A DNA stretch of 64,000 bases, from sequence record MW057919.1, one strand, 5' to 3'. Below, piece by piece: positions 61,368 to 64,000 of the stretch. Both the position numbers and the translations under genes were made by a program. The notes under the pieces are model-generated. The model saw nothing but the letters and a program-made list of their open reading frames with translations. It was not told where the DNA came from and did not search any database. Positions within the stretch are counted from its first letter, which is position 1. Every line of letters begins with the position of its first letter.

Positions 61368-63656
61368 TTAAAGAGTGCACGAACCGCCTGCACACCCAAC
61401 TTCAGTATTAGTTACCTCAACAGCACGTTCAAGTGATTTAATATCAAGTCCTGCTGCTGTTTCTAGATTTACATAATACCGGGTTTTCATTCCACGTTTC
61501 ACCATGTAGAAGTGATTACCTAGCATTTCATTAGAAGAGATCTTTTCAGAACCTACAATGCGTCGATAGAGATCCGCACTGATTGTTTGATCGGTCCACT
61601 TTTGAATAATGGCATAGCAATCAATAAGATCTTTAGTGGGGATATCATAAGCCGATTCATACACATAGGAATCATCATCGCCGTATGGGGCAGCCCATAG
61701 CACACGTGCGCCATTATCAGTCTTATTAAGAATTAGGCGACGTACCGGGTATGGACCATTAGTTGACCCTAGTGCCTTAGATGATGCTTCACCAGGCATG
61801 TATGCAGCTAGTACGGAGTGTGCAATACCACCATTCTCCTTAATTTCTTTCTCTAGCTCATCCCATGGATAAAGTTCTTCAAAGCCACCTTCAATGATAG
61901 TATCCACTGACTTATTATAAGTCTTACGTGGAGTCCATCCCTCTGGCCATTTAGTCTTATGAATCCAAGGCGCATTCCCGCGTTCTTTAGAAATCTTAAG
62001 TGACGCCTTGATAAGGAAGTACATATGCCGTTCAGCAATGAAGTGGATTTCAGCTTTACCAGCATCGCTGCTATATTTAAGGCCAGCACGTGCCATATGT
62101 GTGGCTAGACCCATGATACCAACACCAGCACTCATTCGATTCTTAGCGGTTAGTGCAAGGTGTGGGAAAGCATACTCTGCATTAAGGATACAATAGTCAA
62201 TCATCTTAAGTGCGTAGTAAGCCGCCATTTCATAAGTTTGCTTATCAGGAACGTTATCCACTGCAATAGCAGCCAGTGAACAAGTAGCAATCTCACCGCG
62301 CCCGTGATCCTCACTAGAATAAAGATCTTCCATTCGATAGTAAGGCTTAGTGGGTTCTGCGATTTCAAGGCATAGGTTAGAACTGTAAATAGGTTCTTTA
62401 AATGGTGTATGATGATTGAGTTCATCAATTTGAGCTGAATAGATGGTTCCAGTCTCATATGCTTCAACTAGCATTGATTTGAGAAGATCCCGAGCATTTA
62501 CATAAGTTTTCTCAAATTTAGGATCCGCTTCATATTTTTCATAAAGCTTAATAAACTTATCAATATCACCACTATAGAAAGCATCATGTAGATCTGGAGC
62601 AGTAAATGGATTGAATACAAAGATCATGCCATCTTTCTGAGCCGCTTTCTTAGCAAAGAACTTATTACTTAGGAATGCATAGTGAAGATCACGGTTCTTC
62701 CTATCCTCAGTAGAACGTGGATTACGTAGCTGAGTAATCATATCTGCTTCAGGATCGAAAGCACTGTAGTAACACGTAACAGCACCACCTCGACCATTTT
62801 GTAGGTTAGCCCTTACTGCTTTACCAATTACATCGATGTATGGTTTCTTACCTTGGTGAATGATTAGGCCATTACGGATAGGATCACCAATTGACCTAGT
62901 CATTAAGTTAACACCAATGCCTGCTGATGATTGGGTCATGATGTTAGCAATATAATCGCCCATTGCCAGTGATACACCATTATCACCAGAAGCAAATAGG
63001 CAACATGATGCAAAACCACGAAGCTTAGTACCTAGGTTAACGTAGTTAGGTGTTGGCGCACTAAGAATTTTATTAGAAAGTAGTTTATAGTAATTCTCCA
63101 CATGAGTCATGCGAGTTTCAGCTGGCTCTTTTTCAGCTAGAGCCATTGCCATTCGCATATATACAAACTGGGCAGTCTCATATTCTTGACCAGTTTTACG
63201 ATTACGTAGAGCATACTTTCCACGAATGTGATGAAGTGAAAAATGCGGACAAAGTAGGTCAAGATCGTGATCAATGATCTTTTCAATCTGAGCGTATTCT
63301 TTACTACTATAATCTAATTTAACAATGATACCATCTTTACGCATCCTGGTTTGAAGCGCTTTAACAGTTGGGATGCCATTTAGACCATAGAACTTCTTAC
63401 GAAGATAAATCGCATATAGTCTACCAGCCATTAGATAATAAGACCATGTCTTACGATTTAAACATTCTTCAATAAGTTGTAATTGTAGTTCTTGTGATGA
63501 AGTTTTATCACCAAGAGCTTGAACAGCATCCATCACAACACTACTCCAATCCACCTTATCGCCAAGATGTTGGGCTGCCCATTCACCCCAACCATTAATC
63601 TTAGCAGGTGAGTATGCTTCTTCAGTACCGTCTAGTTTAATGATAGTTTTTAACAT
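61368..63656 (-). CDS. nrdA: ribonucleotide reductase class Ia alpha subunit
   Basis: ATP-cone IIKLDGTEE, APTP, SCC, SNLCLEI, MPGEASS, C-terminal CAGGSC; ATG 63656 preferred. Confidence 0.95.
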   Translation of the reverse strand: MLKTIIKLDGTEEAYSPAKINGWGEWAAQHLGDKVDWSSVVMDAVQALGDKTSSQELQLQLIEECLNRKTWSYYLMAGRLYAIYLRKKFYGLNGIPTVKALQTRMRKDGIIVKLDYSSKEYAQIEKIIDHDLDLLCPHFSLHHIRGKYALRNRKTGQEYETAQFVYMRMAMALAEKEPAETRMTHVENYYKLLSNKILSAPTPNYVNLGTKLRGFASCCLFASGDNGVSLAMGDYIANIMTQSSAGIGVNLMTRSIGDPIRNGLIIHQGKKPYIDVIGKAVRANLQNGRGGAVTCYYSAFDPEADMITQLRNPRSTEDRKNRDLHYAFLSNKFFAKKAAQKDGMIFVFNPFTAPDLHDAFYSGDIDKFIKLYEKYEADPKFEKTYVNARDLLKSMLVEAYETGTIYSAQIDELNHHTPFKEPIYSSNLCLEIAEPTKPYYRMEDLYSSEDHGRGEIATCSLAAIAVDNVPDKQTYEMAAYYALKMIDYCILNAEYAFPHLALTAKNRMSAGVGIMGLATHMARAGLKYSSDAGKAEIHFIAERHMYFLIKASLKISKERGNAPWIHKTKWPEGWTPRKTYNKSVDTIIEGGFEELYPWDELEKEIKENGGIAHSVLAAYMPGEASSKALGSTNGPYPVRRLILNKTDNGARVLWAAPYGDDDSYVYESAYDIPTKDLIDCYAIIQKWTDQTISADLYRRIVGSEKISSNEMLGNHFYMVKRGMKTRYYVNLETAAGLDIKSLERAVEVTNTEVGCAGGSCTL

Positions 63657-64000
63657 TGTTAATTTCCAATTGTGAGTCGTAAGTTCATGTGAAAAAGTAT
63701 TCAACATATCTTTAGATCAACTAAGTATTTTTACGACCCATTTTAAATGAATTTAGTTGATCTATTGTAAAAGCATATTATGGTACATTGGATATCTTTA
63801 TCTTAAAAACCTCTGTAGCCTTAGTGCCTTAAGGGTTACAGCTATATAGTCCAATATCGTTCTACCATGCTATTTAAGAGCTTTAAATAATAACCCACTA
63901 TGTACCCTTAGGTTTTATTTTATCAACAATATAGCTTAAAATAGAAATATACCTAAGTGCTTTTTACTATACTACTATTATTTATCGGAGTTAATTAAGA

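Noticed and set aside
63657-63707. 17-aa N-terminal extension of NrdA
   Set aside because: The ATP-cone begins at MLKTIIKLDG (63656), so the upstream start is unnecessary, though not excluded

Overview
AT-rich, densely packed segment of a Pseudomonas phiKZ-like (Phikzvirus, nucleus-forming) jumbo phage genome. From recalled gene order it corresponds roughly to phiKZ gp190-gp306; the gp numbers are my inference, not a database result. Layout: (i) a short minus-strand late block (two probable virion proteins and an SNF2-like helicase, 4.3-8.9 kb); (ii) a ~46 kb plus-strand early/accessory region of mostly small hypothetical genes, cut into cassettes by a family of CCCTCCC-loop-GGGAGGG terminators often followed by the phiKZ early promoter TATATTAC. 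It includes dcd, thyA with large insertions, an AAA ATPase and a degenerate paralog, an SspB-like ClpX adaptor, an RlaP-type nucleotidyltransferase, an HD (SAH/Mesh1-like) hydrolase, a Zn deaminase, a probably inactive GIY-YIG domain, two ART-like proteins and an array of secreted two-Cys proteins; (iii) a minus-strand block with tRNA-Leu, Pro, Ile2(CAT), Asp and a tRNA-Asn broken in the anticodon loop, a head protein, a glycine-zipper protein and nrdAB. Best novelty candidates: a ~150-nt structured RNA with two C-rich anti-Shine-Dalgarno-like loops (57.56-57.71 kb) and a ~245-nt multibranch RNA (8.89-9.13 kb), both preceded by the same TTA-N5-TATGTA motif that precedes the tRNA units; putative antisense late promoters built into terminators; and the secreted two-Cys paralog array. 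All structures and alignments were done by eye; no folding or database search was run.
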